A stretch of DNA of 64,000 nucleotides from Chrysomallon squamiferum (lineage: Eukaryota > Animalia > Mollusca), in contig CM022676.1 in the NCBI GenBank assembly GCA_012295275.1, positions 16,678,001 to 16,742,000 of the forward strand, given 5' to 3'. The position numbers and the translations under genes are program-made. Below the pieces are notes generated by a model. That model saw only the letters and a list, made by a program, of their open reading frames with translations. It was not told the origin of the DNA and searched no databases. Of the stretch, positions 1-26,600 are shown in pieces. Every line of letters starts with the position of its first letter. Position 1 is the first letter of the stretch.

Positions 1-369
1 CGTACATACGTAACACATACATATGTACATTAATATAAATATACGCAGAAAAGTGCAAGCATGAACGACTTTTACATATTGAAACAAAACATTTTGTTTC
101 TCTAAATTGAATTTATGATGAATTTTAAATATTCAGTGTGATGCGATGTGTGATTGTCTGATTGAAAACGTTTCAGTTTTTAACTTCCAGGTCATGCGCT
201 GTTTGATCAGTGATTAAAACTGTTTTATTTACGTTCCCAGTCTCAAACTAATCCTGAATAGCTTAATTTTCAACAGAATTGTTTGATTCCAGCTGCTGTT
301 GAGTAAATTTAGGTCGCTTGTCGGCGAAGAAATATTTTAGAGAAAATAAATAAATAAATAAAATAAAAT

Positions 370-800
370 CATTCTTAGTTAAATGTTTTATATTCTGTGT
401 TAATTCAAGAACTAATAAAGCTAAACTTAAATACTTGACACATTAATAACTTTTAATTAATGCAGTTATAAAGTTGAATTTCTGGTCCCGTCAATCATAA
501 TAATTATTAATTATGCACAATATTTATGAAAAATTAAAAAGAAAATTATATATAAAAAATATGATTTCTATCAAATAAGAAAACATGTCACTACCTTCTA
601 TTATGATTATATTTTAAAAAAAAAAAAATATAATTTAAAAACAAAATAAATTCTTACTTCAAATGATTTATACTGTGTGTTTATTCAAGCACTAATAAAG
701 ACAAATTTGAATCTTAGAGAACGGAATAATAATAGTTAATAAATACAATTATAAAGTTGAATTATCTGATCCTGTTTAGCACAATAATTGTCAAATATAT
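370..800. repeat. Diverged direct tandem duplication, period about 280 bp
   Basis: ttctta..aaatg.ttta...ttcaag.actaataaag...ttataaagttgaatt occurs at about 371-530 and again at about 651-800. Confidence 0.7.
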
Positions 801-955
801 ACAATATTACAATGACAAAAACAGATTATAGGTATTTTCCTTTAACAAATATTCTTGCAAATGAAAACTATCGTATTTCTGTATATATAGTTTTCTTTCT
901 GAAGAAATTGTACTATTATAATTGACTGTCTTATATAAACCTGTTATTATTTCAG

Positions 956-14614
<13,659 letters not shown>

Positions 14615-15759
14615 GTACTTGGTGTCGATGATAATGGACAAAATAATTAATGTATCTCATCGAAACACCTTATTATGTCACTTTTATCACACACACATAC
14701 ACAAATAGACACCTATACACACAGATTTCCATATATAGGACACATATTATACCACCTATTCACCATTATTGAATTTTATTATTCAGCAAAGCTAGTTAAA
14801 TATGTATGTTTTTCCTTTTCATACAAGAAGGCCTTTAGAGCCATTTAAAAAAAGTAATAATTGTATAATTTCGATACTCATGTTATGTTTACATCAGGAC
14901 AATATGTGTAGTACACTGTGTTTGTTGGTATATTTTATGTGCTACAATCACAGTCTAGTAAAATTGTGATTAACTGTGTCTATTGTGATTCTGCTTAAAG
15001 TATATCTAATAGAATTGTGATTAAGTGTGTCTAGTAAGATTCTCATTAAACAAAGTCTAGTAAGAAAAATGTGTGGCGTTGATTTTTTGTTCAGACACAT
15101 GTACTAAACTCTCTGACTTGATATCTTCTAGAGGACAGTAAATTATAATGATGATGAGTTACTATCGCACAGAACAATACTTTCTAAAAAAGAGACTTGA
15201 TTATTATCCACCGAACATAATGCAGTCTAGCAAATATGTTTATAGTTTTATTGTTTGTCGTCATAGCAAAATACAATTGAAAATAACATAGAATAAAATA
15301 AAAAAATAAAAACTCAGTGATGAGCATTATAACATAATTCCTTTCTTTACTTACTACAAGAGTTGTGTAACGACATCTCACCTAAATGTGCCTGTAACAG
15401 CAATATGTCCTAAACATTTCTACAAAAATCAAATTTACAAAATGTTCTGTCCTTCTTAATCCAGTTGTGCTTCTGGCATGGCTATCGTCTTCAAGTCGAT
15501 GCTATTTAAATATCACCTCATCTAGCGGACGTCAAAACAATCAACTAAAGACTGAATTACATCCGAAATTACTATAACCTTAGACAGTCTTAACATTTCT
15601 GTAAACTTGACTGTAACAGGTTGTAGCTGTCAAATCACAGGTGAAAACCGGTATATACAGTCATACTCAATTAGTTTGGTAAAATCAGTTATATGTTACA
15701 CATATATCTGTATGACACATTTCTATTCATAATAATTTACAACTTCATCATTTAAAAAC

Positions 15760-17490
15760 AAATATACGTTTTATTAGAAATACGCAGTGAACCTTTAAAC
15801 AAGGACGTACTTTTAGAATATATACAGGATAAGTTTTAACAAAAATTTATAATTAGAAAATATAGGATATAACTTTAAAAACGTATTATTAAAAAATATA
15901 CAGGACAAATTTAAAAAAAAAACATCCCCAAAAAACAAACAAAAAACCCACTTATTATTAAAAATATACAGTGATACTTTAAACCAAAGCGTCTTATCAG
16001 AAAATAGAAATTGTAATTTTAAACAAAAGCTTAGTATTACAAATACACAGTATACGTATTATTAGAAAATATACAGGATAACTTTAAACAAAACACTTAT
16101 TATTAGGACATATACAATGTAACTTTAAACAACAACGCATTAATGGAAATATGCTAGAATAAATTTAAACAAAAACGTATTATTAGAAAAAAATACAGGA
16201 TAACTTTAGACAAAAAACGTATTATTAGAAAATATACAGGTTAACGTTAAGCAAAAACGTATTATTAGAAATATACATGGTCACTTTAAAGGAAACACGT
16301 ATTATTAGAAAATATCGATGGTTATTTTTAAACAAAAACTTATTATTAGAAACATACAGTGAAACTTAAACAAAAATGTCATATTAGGAATGTGTAATTA
16401 AACATTAAATAAAAATGTGTTATTAGAATTGTATGTGGTAATTTTAAACAAAAATGTATTATTAGAAATAGGGAACGTAACTTTAAATACAAATGTATTA
16501 TTATAACTATATAGTATAACACTAGACAAAAACATATTGTTAGAAATATACAGAGAAACTTTAAAAATTAACCTATTTTTGGTGGTATGCAGGTATCTTT
16601 AAACACACATAAGCGTATTATTACAAATATGCAGTGTACGATTAATAATAACAAAATAGCATTATTAGAAATATATAATGAAATGCTAAAAAAAAACTTT
16701 TTTTCAGAAATATGCAATGTTTTTAGAACGGTACTGTGGAACTTGAACAAAACAACAACAACAACAACAAAAAAAAAAACACACACCAAAAAACGCATTT
16801 TTGAAATATACAGTGCAACTTTGTACAAAAATTTCTTTCTGGAATTACACAGTGTAACTTTAAACAGAAACGTATTATTAGAAATATGAACTGTAACTTT
16901 AAACAAAAACTAATTAATAAAACTATGCAGTGCACATCGATGAAAAATGAAACTACAAATATACAGTTCAATTTTAAACAAAAACCTTTCAGAAATATAC
17001 AGAGTAAGTTTAAACAAAAATGTATTATTAGAAATGTACAGTGAAACTTTTAACAAAAACGTAGTATTAGAAAATATACAGGATAACTTTAAACAAAAAC
17101 GTAGTATTAGAAAATATACAGGATAACTTTAAACAAAAACGTAGTATTAGAAAATATACAGGATAACTTTAAACTAAACACGTACTATTAGAAAACGTAA
17201 GGGATAACTTCAAACAGATACTATTAATAGGAGTTACTTATTATTAGAAGTATACATGGTAAATTTAAACAAACAAAAACACGTATTAATAGAAATATGC
17301 AGTGTAACTTTATCAAAACCGTCTGATAAGAATTATGCAATGTAACTTTAAACAAAAATTATTTATGAGAAATATACAGAGTAACTTTAAAAAAAAACAA
17401 CAACAAAAAACAACAACAACGTATTATTAGAAATATACAGTGTAACTATACACAAAAAGGTATTATTAGAAACACACAGTGTGACTTTTA
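15760..17490. repeat. About 40-bp AT-rich minisatellite array
   Basis: Unit aaacaaaaacgtattattagaaaatatacaggataacttt; near-perfect consecutive copies at 17061-17170, degenerate elsewhere. Confidence 0.92.
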
Positions 17491-20407
17491 ACAGCAGCTA
17501 GATAATCAGCATCATCGTCACCGTCTTCATCACCATACTCGTCTGAATCTTCTCTGCAGTTGTTGTGTGACTGTTTTAAGCACAAACTGGCGAGACAGAG
17601 ATTTTTTTTTCTGATAAAATGTTTACTTTGAACAACTCTGTGAAATAATAATTAAAAAAAAACACCAACAACTTAAATTCATTTTTACTATGACTGATTG
17701 AGAACCACAAAGTAAATTATGATATATGTGAGCCTGTATTTGTGGTGATTGTGTGTACCAGTTTTACGATTATATTATATTTATCTATAATTTGTGTGTG
17801 GTTGTATGTATGTGTCTTTATATATAATACGTACACGTGTACGTTTGAAAACATTAAAAGAAATTGATAACTGTGATTACTTGTTTTCTTTCTTCTTTAC
17901 TTTTCTCTGCTCATTTGGTGACTACTTCTTCTGTCACTGCTAAATGCTTCTTTTCTTTTTCCCGTCACAGTGTAGTCTGTATCAGGCGAATCGAGTCTGG
18001 AGATACTGTCTGAGTTTCCCTGGATATAATCCCTGTTTGTGTTGGTTACTCGATAATCCAGTTCTGATGTAATTTTCGGATGATCATTCAATTTCTCTCC
18101 TCCTCGATAATAGGTGCAAGTTTTTGGTATAATATAATCCTTGGCTTTAGTTCCTATGGGATAATTATTTAATCTCTTTTCTCCTCGGTAATCGCTGTGA
18201 AATTTTGCTCTAGGATAATCCGTCGTTTTAATTTCTCTGGTGTCTTTTTGTCTTTATTTGTATTCTGAAAATACTCGTCTCTCTTTGTTTTAGGATTGTA
18301 TCTGTCTTTATCTGCTCCTGGATAATCGCTCACGGATTTTCCTCTGAGATGATCTTTCTCCGTATTTGCTTTCGTAACATCTCTTTCTCTGTATGCTTTG
18401 GAATTATTTGAGGGATTATTGTTGTTTTGATTTGTTGTGCAAATATACTTCTTTTTTTCCGTTCTTGTGTAATGGGTGCCTGAACGTGTTACGTGTAATT
18501 TTTCCATCTGAATATCTGAAAGTGTGATTTCAGCCTCCACTTTGGATGCCTCTCTATCCGACGGTTTACTGTTAGTATCTCTGTCTGATTCTCTTCTGTT
18601 GGTATCGCTCGCTGACGTACCTTTCTCTGCCGCCCTAATGTCAGTAGGTTTGTCTGATGTCCTACTGTTAGTAGCTTCATCTGATGCCCTACTGTTAGTA
18701 TCTTTGTCTGATGTCATACTGTCAGTAGCTTTGTCTGCCGCCCTACAGTTAGTAGGTTTGTCTGATGTCCTACTGCCAGTAGCTTCATCTGATGCCCTAC
18801 TGTTAGTAGCTTTGTCTGATGTCCTACTGTCAGTAGCTTCATCCGCCGCCCTACTGTTAGTAGGTTTCTCTGCCGCCCTACTGTTAGTAGGTTTTTCTGA
18901 TGTCCTACTGTCAGTAGCTTCACCTGATGTCCTTCTGTCAGTAGCTTCATCTGATGCCCTACTGTTAGTAGCTTTGTCTGATGTCCTACTGTCAGTAGCT
19001 TCATCTGCCGCCCTACTGTCAGTAGCTTTGTCTGCCGCCCTACTCTTAGTAGCTTTGTCTGATGTCCTACTGTCAGTATCTTTGTCTTCCGCCCTACTGT
19101 TAGCAGCTTTGTCTGATGCCCTACTATTAGTAGCTTTGTCTGATGTCCTACTGTTAGTAGCTTTGTCTTCCGCCCTACTGCTAGTAGCTTTGTCTGATGT
19201 CCTACTGTGAGTAGCTTTGTCTTCCGCCCTACTGTTAGCAGCTTTGTCTGATGTCCTACTGTCAGTAGCTTTGTCTGCCGCCCTACTGTCAGTAGCTTTG
19301 TCTGCCGCCCTACTCTCTGCAGCTTTGTCTGCCGCCCTACTGTCAGTAGCTTTGTCTGCCGCCCTACTGTCAGTAGCTTTGTCTGCCGCCCTACTGTCAG
19401 TAGCTTTGTCTGCCACCCTACTGTCAGTAGCTTTGTCTGCCGCCCTACTGTTAGTAACTTCGTCTGATGCCTACTGTCAGTAGGTTTGTCTACCGCCCTA
19501 GTGTCAGTAGGTTTGTCTGCCTATGTACTGTCATTAGCTTTGTCTGCCGCCCTACTGTCAGTAACTTTGTCTACCGCCCTACTGTCAGTAACTTTGTCTA
19601 CCGCCCTACTGTCAGTAACTTGGTCTACCGCCCTACTGTCAGTAGCTTCATCTGATGCCTACTGTCAGTAGGTTTGTCTACCTCCCTACTGTCAGTATGT
19701 TTGTCTACCGCCCTACTGTCAGTAGGTTTGTCTGCCTCTGTACTGTCATTATCTTTGTCTGCCGCCCTACTGTCAGTAACTTTGTCTACCGCCCTACTGT
19801 CAGTAGGTTTGTCTGCCTCTGTACTGTCATTAGCTTTGTCTGCCGCCCTACTGTCAGTAACTTTGTCTACCGCCCTACTGTCAGTAACTTTGTCTACCGC
19901 CCTACTGTCAGTAACTTGGTCTACCGCCCTACTGTCAGTAGCTTCATCTGATGGCTGTTAGTAGCTTCATCTGATGGCTACTGTCATTAGCTTTGTCTGG
20001 TGCCCTGCTGTCAGTAGCTTTGTGTGACACCCTTCTGTTAGTAGCTTTGTCTGATGCCTTTCTGCTAGGAGCTTCGTCTCATGCTCTACTATCAGTAGCT
20101 TTGGCTTTGTCTGATGCCCTACTGTCAGTAGCTTTGTGTGACACACTTCTGTTAGTAGCTTTGTCTGATGCCTTTCTACTAGGAGCTTCGTCTCATGCCC
20201 TACTGTCAGTAGATTTGGCTGTGTCTGATGTCCTACTGTCTGTAGCTTTGTCTGCCGCCCTATTGTTAGCATCTCTCTTCGATGCTCTTCCTTTTGTATA
20301 TCTGTTTGAAGCTCTTCTTTAAGTATATCTGTGTCACGCCCTTTTCTTAGTATATCTGTCCGATGTCCTGTTGTTGGTGTCTCTGTCTGTCGCAATTCTG
20401 CTCGTAT
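17466..20407 (-). pseudogene. Disrupted gene with 9-aa periodic repeats (ATDSRAADK, grading into xDYxxxxxx) and a putative acidic Tyr-containing last exon
   Basis: ORFs 18169-19416 and 17897-18091, bridged by a third frame (TDYPRAKFH SDYRGEKRL NNYPIGTKA KDYII). Donor after 17881, acceptor near 17638, then EDSDEYGDEDGDDDADYLAAVKSHTVCF*. Several stops and frameshifts. Confidence 0.5.
18560..20280 (-). repeat. 27-bp GC-richer minisatellite
   Basis: Plus-strand unit gtcagtagctttgtctgccgccctact, repeated with variants. Confidence 0.95.
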
Positions 20408-22390
20408 TTGGTCTAAGGCGTGATTCGTATAACACAGAACTGAAATGGGGTTTCCTCTGTCTCCTTCCCAGATGTCTCTGTCTCGTTCGCAGATGTCTCT
20501 GTTTCTTAATAAAGTTTCTATTATTTTTAGTCCTATGTATGTTTTTCCCGTTCCTGGAGGTCCCTGAATGATGACAAATTCGTTGGTCAGGGCTTGTTGA
20601 AACGCCTTGAACTGAGCGGCCTCCAGTTTCAGAGTCTCTGGCTGGGGCCACTTGTTCAGATTCAGAACAGGAACGCCATTGTGGCTCTCATCCTCATCGT
20701 CTGCTTCTTCACTGAAAATACCTGAAAATACTTGTCGTCGGGTAGTCAGAGGTATCGTGTACGAAATTGTAATCATATTTATCTTTTTTGTAACCTGAGT
20801 TGTCTTAGTCTTGTTCTGGAATTGATAGTGGACATTTGCTTTGCCTCTCAGGTAGGCTGGCTGTTTCACTTCAGTTGTACAGTGTACAATGTATTCATCG
20901 AACGGAAGCTTGTTAATATTCTGCAGAGACGACAAGACGTAGCCATACGCTTCAAAGTAAGCCGGTGTTTCCAACATCACCATCGGCTTCGTCATATCGA
21001 TTCCTGTGTTGCCTACAACATGTTCTTCAAAAATCTCAACTGTGACTACACCGTTGTCATCCTTTGCAGGCCCCGATTCAATAGTTGCAATGGTAAACGT
21101 TTTGAAACCGTTGCTCGACAGACACACCAGAGAACCATATTTCAGTCGTTTCGTGTACTCCCACTGGATGTCTTTCAGTTTCCTTGTGTCAAATGTCACA
21201 GTATGCACGAACTTTGCATTTTTGAAATCTGAATTTAGTATTCTAACACCTTTATACGTGCGAAGAGAAACATTGTTTTCTGGATGGTTGTCAAAGGCCA
21301 CATATTCATGAATAGCTTCTTACAGCGGCTGAATGACATCTTCCCTCAACAGTCTGAACTGTACATCGAGGTAGTCGTCGAGATCGTAGTACGCACCTCT
21401 TTCCTTCATCCTGCGAAGGAAGGGCGCGTTTGTGCGATAAATGTCATCCTACGTTGGCATCACTGAAATTCTTCTGAAGTCATTCGGAAGTGACGGTTTC
21501 TTTGCTGCTGTTAGTCTGTCACTTTGAGCCTTTTTCGTCATTGACGTTTTCAGTTCTAAGAGTTGTTTTGTTTTCATGTCTATCGTCTCAGGGACAGACA
21601 ACCCATGTTTTCTTAAACTGGCCACAGCGTAATCTACAAGAGAGTTAACTCCTGCAACCTCAACGATGGTATGAGGCAGCCGCAGTGATAACTGTACAAG
21701 CAGGTCAAGGACATCGGCTACAAATGGAAGTGACATTTTCTCAGCAGCTACTGAACAATCAGCAGATATCTCCCTCAACAGTGGCGGAACCGTGCGTTCT
21801 AAAAACAGCGATCTCTCGACATCAAGTAGAAGGTTGAATACTTGTTCTGTGTGTACTTCGCAGCTGCACGACTTTGCTAGTAATTTTGTTATCAAACATA
21901 CATCACTTGACGAAAGTCTTCTTTGAGTCAGAAGTCTGAAAAACTGTTTTTGTCGATCCTTCAGTTCAAATAGCAGTGCTTCAGCATTCTTCTCGTTCAA
22001 TGTTTTAAGATCAAACAGCAGTTCTTCATCATCATCCTTCAGTTTATTCAGTTCAAACTGCAATGTTTCTTCATCCTTCTCCAGTATGTCCTCCAGGTAA
22101 GAATCATTTACTCCTCCGTATTTTGAACACATTATGTTTTTGTTATCTCACGTGTCTGCTTATCTTTTCATGTTTCAGTTTATCTTCTGACTACTCAATT
22201 TATTTATTTCACTTGTTTCATTTTACATTTCCTCCTTTTTCCCGTTATGTTTCATGTTTCACATTGTCTTTTGGTGTACAAGATGTTTTCTTTCTTCCAG
22301 TTTAAATTCATGTTTTGACGCTTCAGTTAGGGTTTACACGTTTCAGTATAACTTTATTTTGTGAAGTAACTAAAACTCCTTAATAGAACA
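20408..22390 (-). pseudogene. ZNFX1: ZNFX1-like (Upf1-like SF1 helicase) pseudogene, N-terminal part only
   Basis: One frame from 22132 to 20408 broken by TAG (21449-21451) and TAA (21320-21322). Family motifs: PNDFRRISVMPT, PFLR, YLDVQFRLLRED..PL, KRLKYGSLVCLS, ETPAYFEAY, PFDEYIV, Walker A IQGPPGTGKTYIG, CYTNHALDQ. Similarity ends after HALDQ. Acceptor tgtttcag at 22391. Confidence 0.88.
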
Positions 22391-22865
22391 CTGAAACAAA
22401 GAAACAAGAAACCGCTTACTTTTTGTTCATCCTTCATTATTATATTGACAGATGTATGCATGTTTATGTATGTATATATGCGAGTGGAAACATGCATACA
22501 TACACATACATATACATGCATACATACAGATACATATAGATACATACACACGCACACATACACACAAGCAAACATACACAAAAATATATTTACAGAAAAG
22601 TACGCACTTACGAACTTTTAAAGGCACTTTTTGAATAACAAGAGAGACACAAACATAGATACACTCACAGACACACCTATATATATGTGTGTGTGTGTTT
22701 GTGTGTGTAAATTAAATTTATATTAATATATTAACGTGATTTACATAAATTAGAAAGTTAATAAAATATCTAGAGTTAATATACGTAAAAGAAATGTGTC
22801 AAATCAAACAAAGTGTTATAGATAATGTGCTTTACGTTAAGTATAGACGTGGTTATCTACCTTCG

Positions 22866-22931
<66 letters not shown>

Positions 22932-23435
22932 TTATCTGTTTGTGTAGATATCTAAAAACTATGTCTAGGAAGGATCAAGGTACGATGTTACTATTCACTG
23001 ATACTGAGTTGAGGCTACTTCACTCATATGCTGTTTTACTGAAAAAAATAATTTCTGTTATAAAAATTAAAATTCGAACATAAAATTCGAGTGAGAGAAG
23101 GAAAAAATATGAACAACCACTGTACTGATAAAAATTCAAATGGTTTCAGATTATATGATTATACACTCTTAGGTGCACATTATCGATTGCAGTAAGGATA
23201 TACACAGAAAATAGGTACTCAGTATAGATCTACATTTATATACTAATAAATATAAATGGCTCTATCAAAGTGACAAAAGTGTGTCTATTCCCATAGTTAG
23301 TCTAGATGTTTTGTTCATTTGTTCACAATGCCTGTGACTTTAGAAACACAATCCATTAACAGTAAATTATTGTGTCTGTCTATCAGAAATTCAAAGTTCA
23401 GTAAAACAGCATATCAGTGATGTAGCCTCAACTGA

Positions 23436-23496
<61 letters not shown>

Positions 23497-24285
23497 TGTA
23501 TGTATGTATGTATGTATGTATTTATGTAAGTAGTAAATCAATAAGTGTCTGGAAGCTGTTGGAGGAAAAAAAAAACTAAATAATAATAATCATAATAATA
23601 ATAATAATAATAATAAATATATAATAATAACAACAACAACACTAATAATAAATTAATTAATTAATTAATCTTGTTTATTTGCATTTTACGCTTCTAGTTT
23701 AAGGAAAAGATAATATAACAAATAAAACAGAAGAGAACAAAGTGTGTGTTTAATTAGTTTTGAAATAAAAAAGTCTACATACCCAGACCGAACATTTGCA
23801 GTCAGCTTTGAGCGGATGTATCTGATGACGTGGTATAGACACTGAGTTTTATTTACTGCTGATGTAAACATTAACGTTTCAACGAAATTAACTGATAAGT
23901 GTACTTTCACTTTAATTACCGTATACATCACAGTACAGGGGACAAAATGTAGAAACATTTTTTCAGTTAAACAAAATAAAAAATAAAATGGCATATAAAT
24001 ACCTTACGGTCAAACACATTTACATACGCATATAAAAACGCATAAACAAATATATGTGAAGCATACGTAAATGTATAAGCCAGAAACACATACAGATAAG
24101 ACTTCTACACTTCCGCACACATACGTTACACTAAATAATTCAGTCTAAAGGAAGTAGTTGGAACTGGTAAAAAAATGAGTAGTAGCCGCAAACTTGCTGA
24201 AAGTATCTGATTATAAATTTATAAATTGTTAATTTATAGAAATACATTCAATAATAAACCGAACATTAAGTTTACGCAGACTTAC

Positions 24286-24480
24286 CCGTCTTACTCAGTA
24301 TCGAGCGCTCGATTTCAATCTACCATAAGGGAGGTAACCCATATTAACTATTGAATGCGGAAGTTATGCGTTAAGTGTTCATTTGATCGCTCTGCTTGTG
24401 ACGTTGCATTTAAATCGATCTAATACTTATGATTTCAGAAACGAAATTCCTGACTTTGTCAGCCACATCTTCAAAGTAAG
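24286..24480. promoter_or_regulatory. Candidate promoter / first non-coding exon region of the ZNFX1-like gene
   Basis: Minus-strand donor gg|gtaag at 24285, locally CpG-richer sequence, GAAACGAAATTCC at 24438-24450, plus-strand donor gtaagt at 24476. Confidence 0.3.
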
Positions 24481-24794
24481 TAAATGCAATTTTCTTGTTA
24501 CATATAGTTATTCTTCTGTCTGTCGTGTATACATGTTTTGCTAATAACAGGTAACTTGTCGCGATCCTCGCCTGAACTTACTAATTAATATGAATATTAA
24601 TAGTAAGTTCTTAACTATCTGTTAAACTAAGTAAGCCAAGAACATAAACACGAAAACAGCGAAGCACTTTAGGCCACATTTAACAGTTATTAACATTAGA
24701 ACTTTTCGTGTAACCGTTTAAAATTAATTAGCGAATATTTAATTTTTTAATTTGTATTTTTCATATATACATGTATGAAATTACAGTGTGTGTG

Positions 24795-24825
<31 letters not shown>

Positions 24826-26144
24826 AAATTAAATAATTATAAATATTTTATATTTGATTTCTAAAATTATTCATGCATCAGTGTTTATTTGTAAACTGGA
24901 AATTAACTTAGTTTGTTATATCTATCTACTTATCTGTGTTTTCACATGCATACATGCATATAAATGATACCAGTAACACATTTCCTTATAAAAAAAAAAA
25001 AAAATAACACCTAAATAAGCTGTAGATTTTGTCAGTACTTATTTATAGTAATATCAATAATTATAGTCTTCTTTAATTTCACTGTTCACTTATCCATTTG
25101 TCTATATATATATGTGTGTAATATATATATACATACATACACATATGACTGTAAATATATATGCATGTCTACATGTATATGTACACTTGTAAGAACACAC
25201 ACATATCTGTGGATGTATGTATAGGTGTGTGGGTATAGCTGTATATATATATATATATATACTATAGACAATATGTGTGTTTCTATCTCTGAGTCTATAT
25301 ATAGCTCTATGTGTAATTTATATACATCACAGAGTCCATACCCGGTAAGGAGGTTTAAAAATAAACCGACAGCAATCTCTATGAAACAATAATTATATCC
25401 ATCCACTAGAAACATAAACACAACACGTTAATGTATACAGTATACCGTATCAGCATAAGCACAGACAATGGCTTACCATACTCTTACATAAAGAAAATAT
25501 CATTTGAAAACACTGCTTTCCTGCCTGACTATCAAATCTGTCTTTTTTCTTCTGACTATGAAATGCCAGTCCTTTTAAAGCAAATCCATCGAGTTGAAAA
25601 ATTAGTTGTAAACGTAAAATGTGGTGTGACAGAAAACTAATTAATAAAATAAATTGTTAACATAATTTGAGTTCAAAAATCAACATAATACATTATGAGT
25701 TACAAACATCCTAGAATTCTTTTCATTTTATTTACATGTATTTGTGTATGTATTTGTAATTAGCTGTACATATTTATACATTTAGTTGATAAACTGAATA
25801 ACTTTAAGTATCCTGTATACTGCTGAGGTGTATTAATTTACAATAAAATGACAAAATACTTAATCTATGTAAAGTAGATGATACCAGGCTTTGATGAAAA
25901 CAGGTAATTTACACGTAAATTTAATAACAACTCACTGAGCTGTCTCTGCTTAGAAAACAAATCTGAGAACAAGAAAACTCAAAATTCTCACTTGTGTAAC
26001 TTAATAAATGCTGATTATATTTGATAATTTTTGTCTAACAGCAGACCATGTTCCTTGAAATTTGTCAATATTTGTTTATTATCTATCACCAGTAAATTTA
26101 TTATATTCCACATTGGATAACAAAATCACTACATAAATTAACAA

Positions 26145-26600
26145 CAGGAAGATGGTGAAACAGTAGGTGCATCCCACATTCTGGCTGCTGTCAGTTCAAA
26201 TATTCAAAATTAGTTTATATTAAAATTTGCAGTTTTATATCTTAGAACAAATTTTAATGTTTCTGTTTATTTCTTTTAAGACTGTTTTAGTTCATGCAGT
26301 CAAAGGTTCTAATGTTTTTGGTTGTCCAGATCATCTTATGTGTGTATGCATAGTAAATGAAAAGAAATATTTAAAACAAGGAAAAACAGAAAAATAAATA
26401 TTTTTGTAATATTTATTTTAGTAGCAAAATAGAGCAGTGCTATATTAAAGAAATAACATTTACAGTGTACAGGTTTCAAAACTTTGCTATACCAGGAAAT
26501 TTTATTTACTAGTTTGATATATCAATATGTCTCCCTCTGTGACTACCTATTTATTTATTGATCAGTTTATCGATCTGTCCCTATATCTACATATCTGTTT
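26145..26600 (+). repeat. Dispersed duplicate of about 30345-30660
   Basis: Shared gatggt.aaacagt...cacat.ctggctgctgtcagttcaaat and ttagaacaaattttaat blocks. Confidence 0.75.

Noticed and set aside
15515-15528. CTCF-like site (ccgctagatgaggt on the minus strand)
   Set aside because: The 3' half departs from consensus; a single weak match is not supportable
15760-17490. CRISPR-like appearance of the 40-bp and 27-bp arrays
   Set aside because: Units are head-to-tail with no unique spacers, there are no cas genes, and the context is eukaryotic
18524-20322. Plus-strand hydrophobic ORFs (ALSAALLSV...) over the 27-bp repeat
   Set aside because: Antisense shadows of the repeat; the non-repetitive continuation and splice signals are on the minus strand
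21320-21451. A-to-I editing rescue of the two ZNFX1 stops (UAG/UAA to Trp)
   Set aside because: The gene is also truncated after motif Ia and degraded upstream of 22132, and the TAA falls where the family has a basic residue (PLREGI), so simple decay is more parsimonious
25885-25945. Possible C/D box snoRNA (TGATGA...CTGA), by analogy with ZFAS1
   Set aside because: Only about 50 nt between boxes, a poor terminal stem and no recognisable guide
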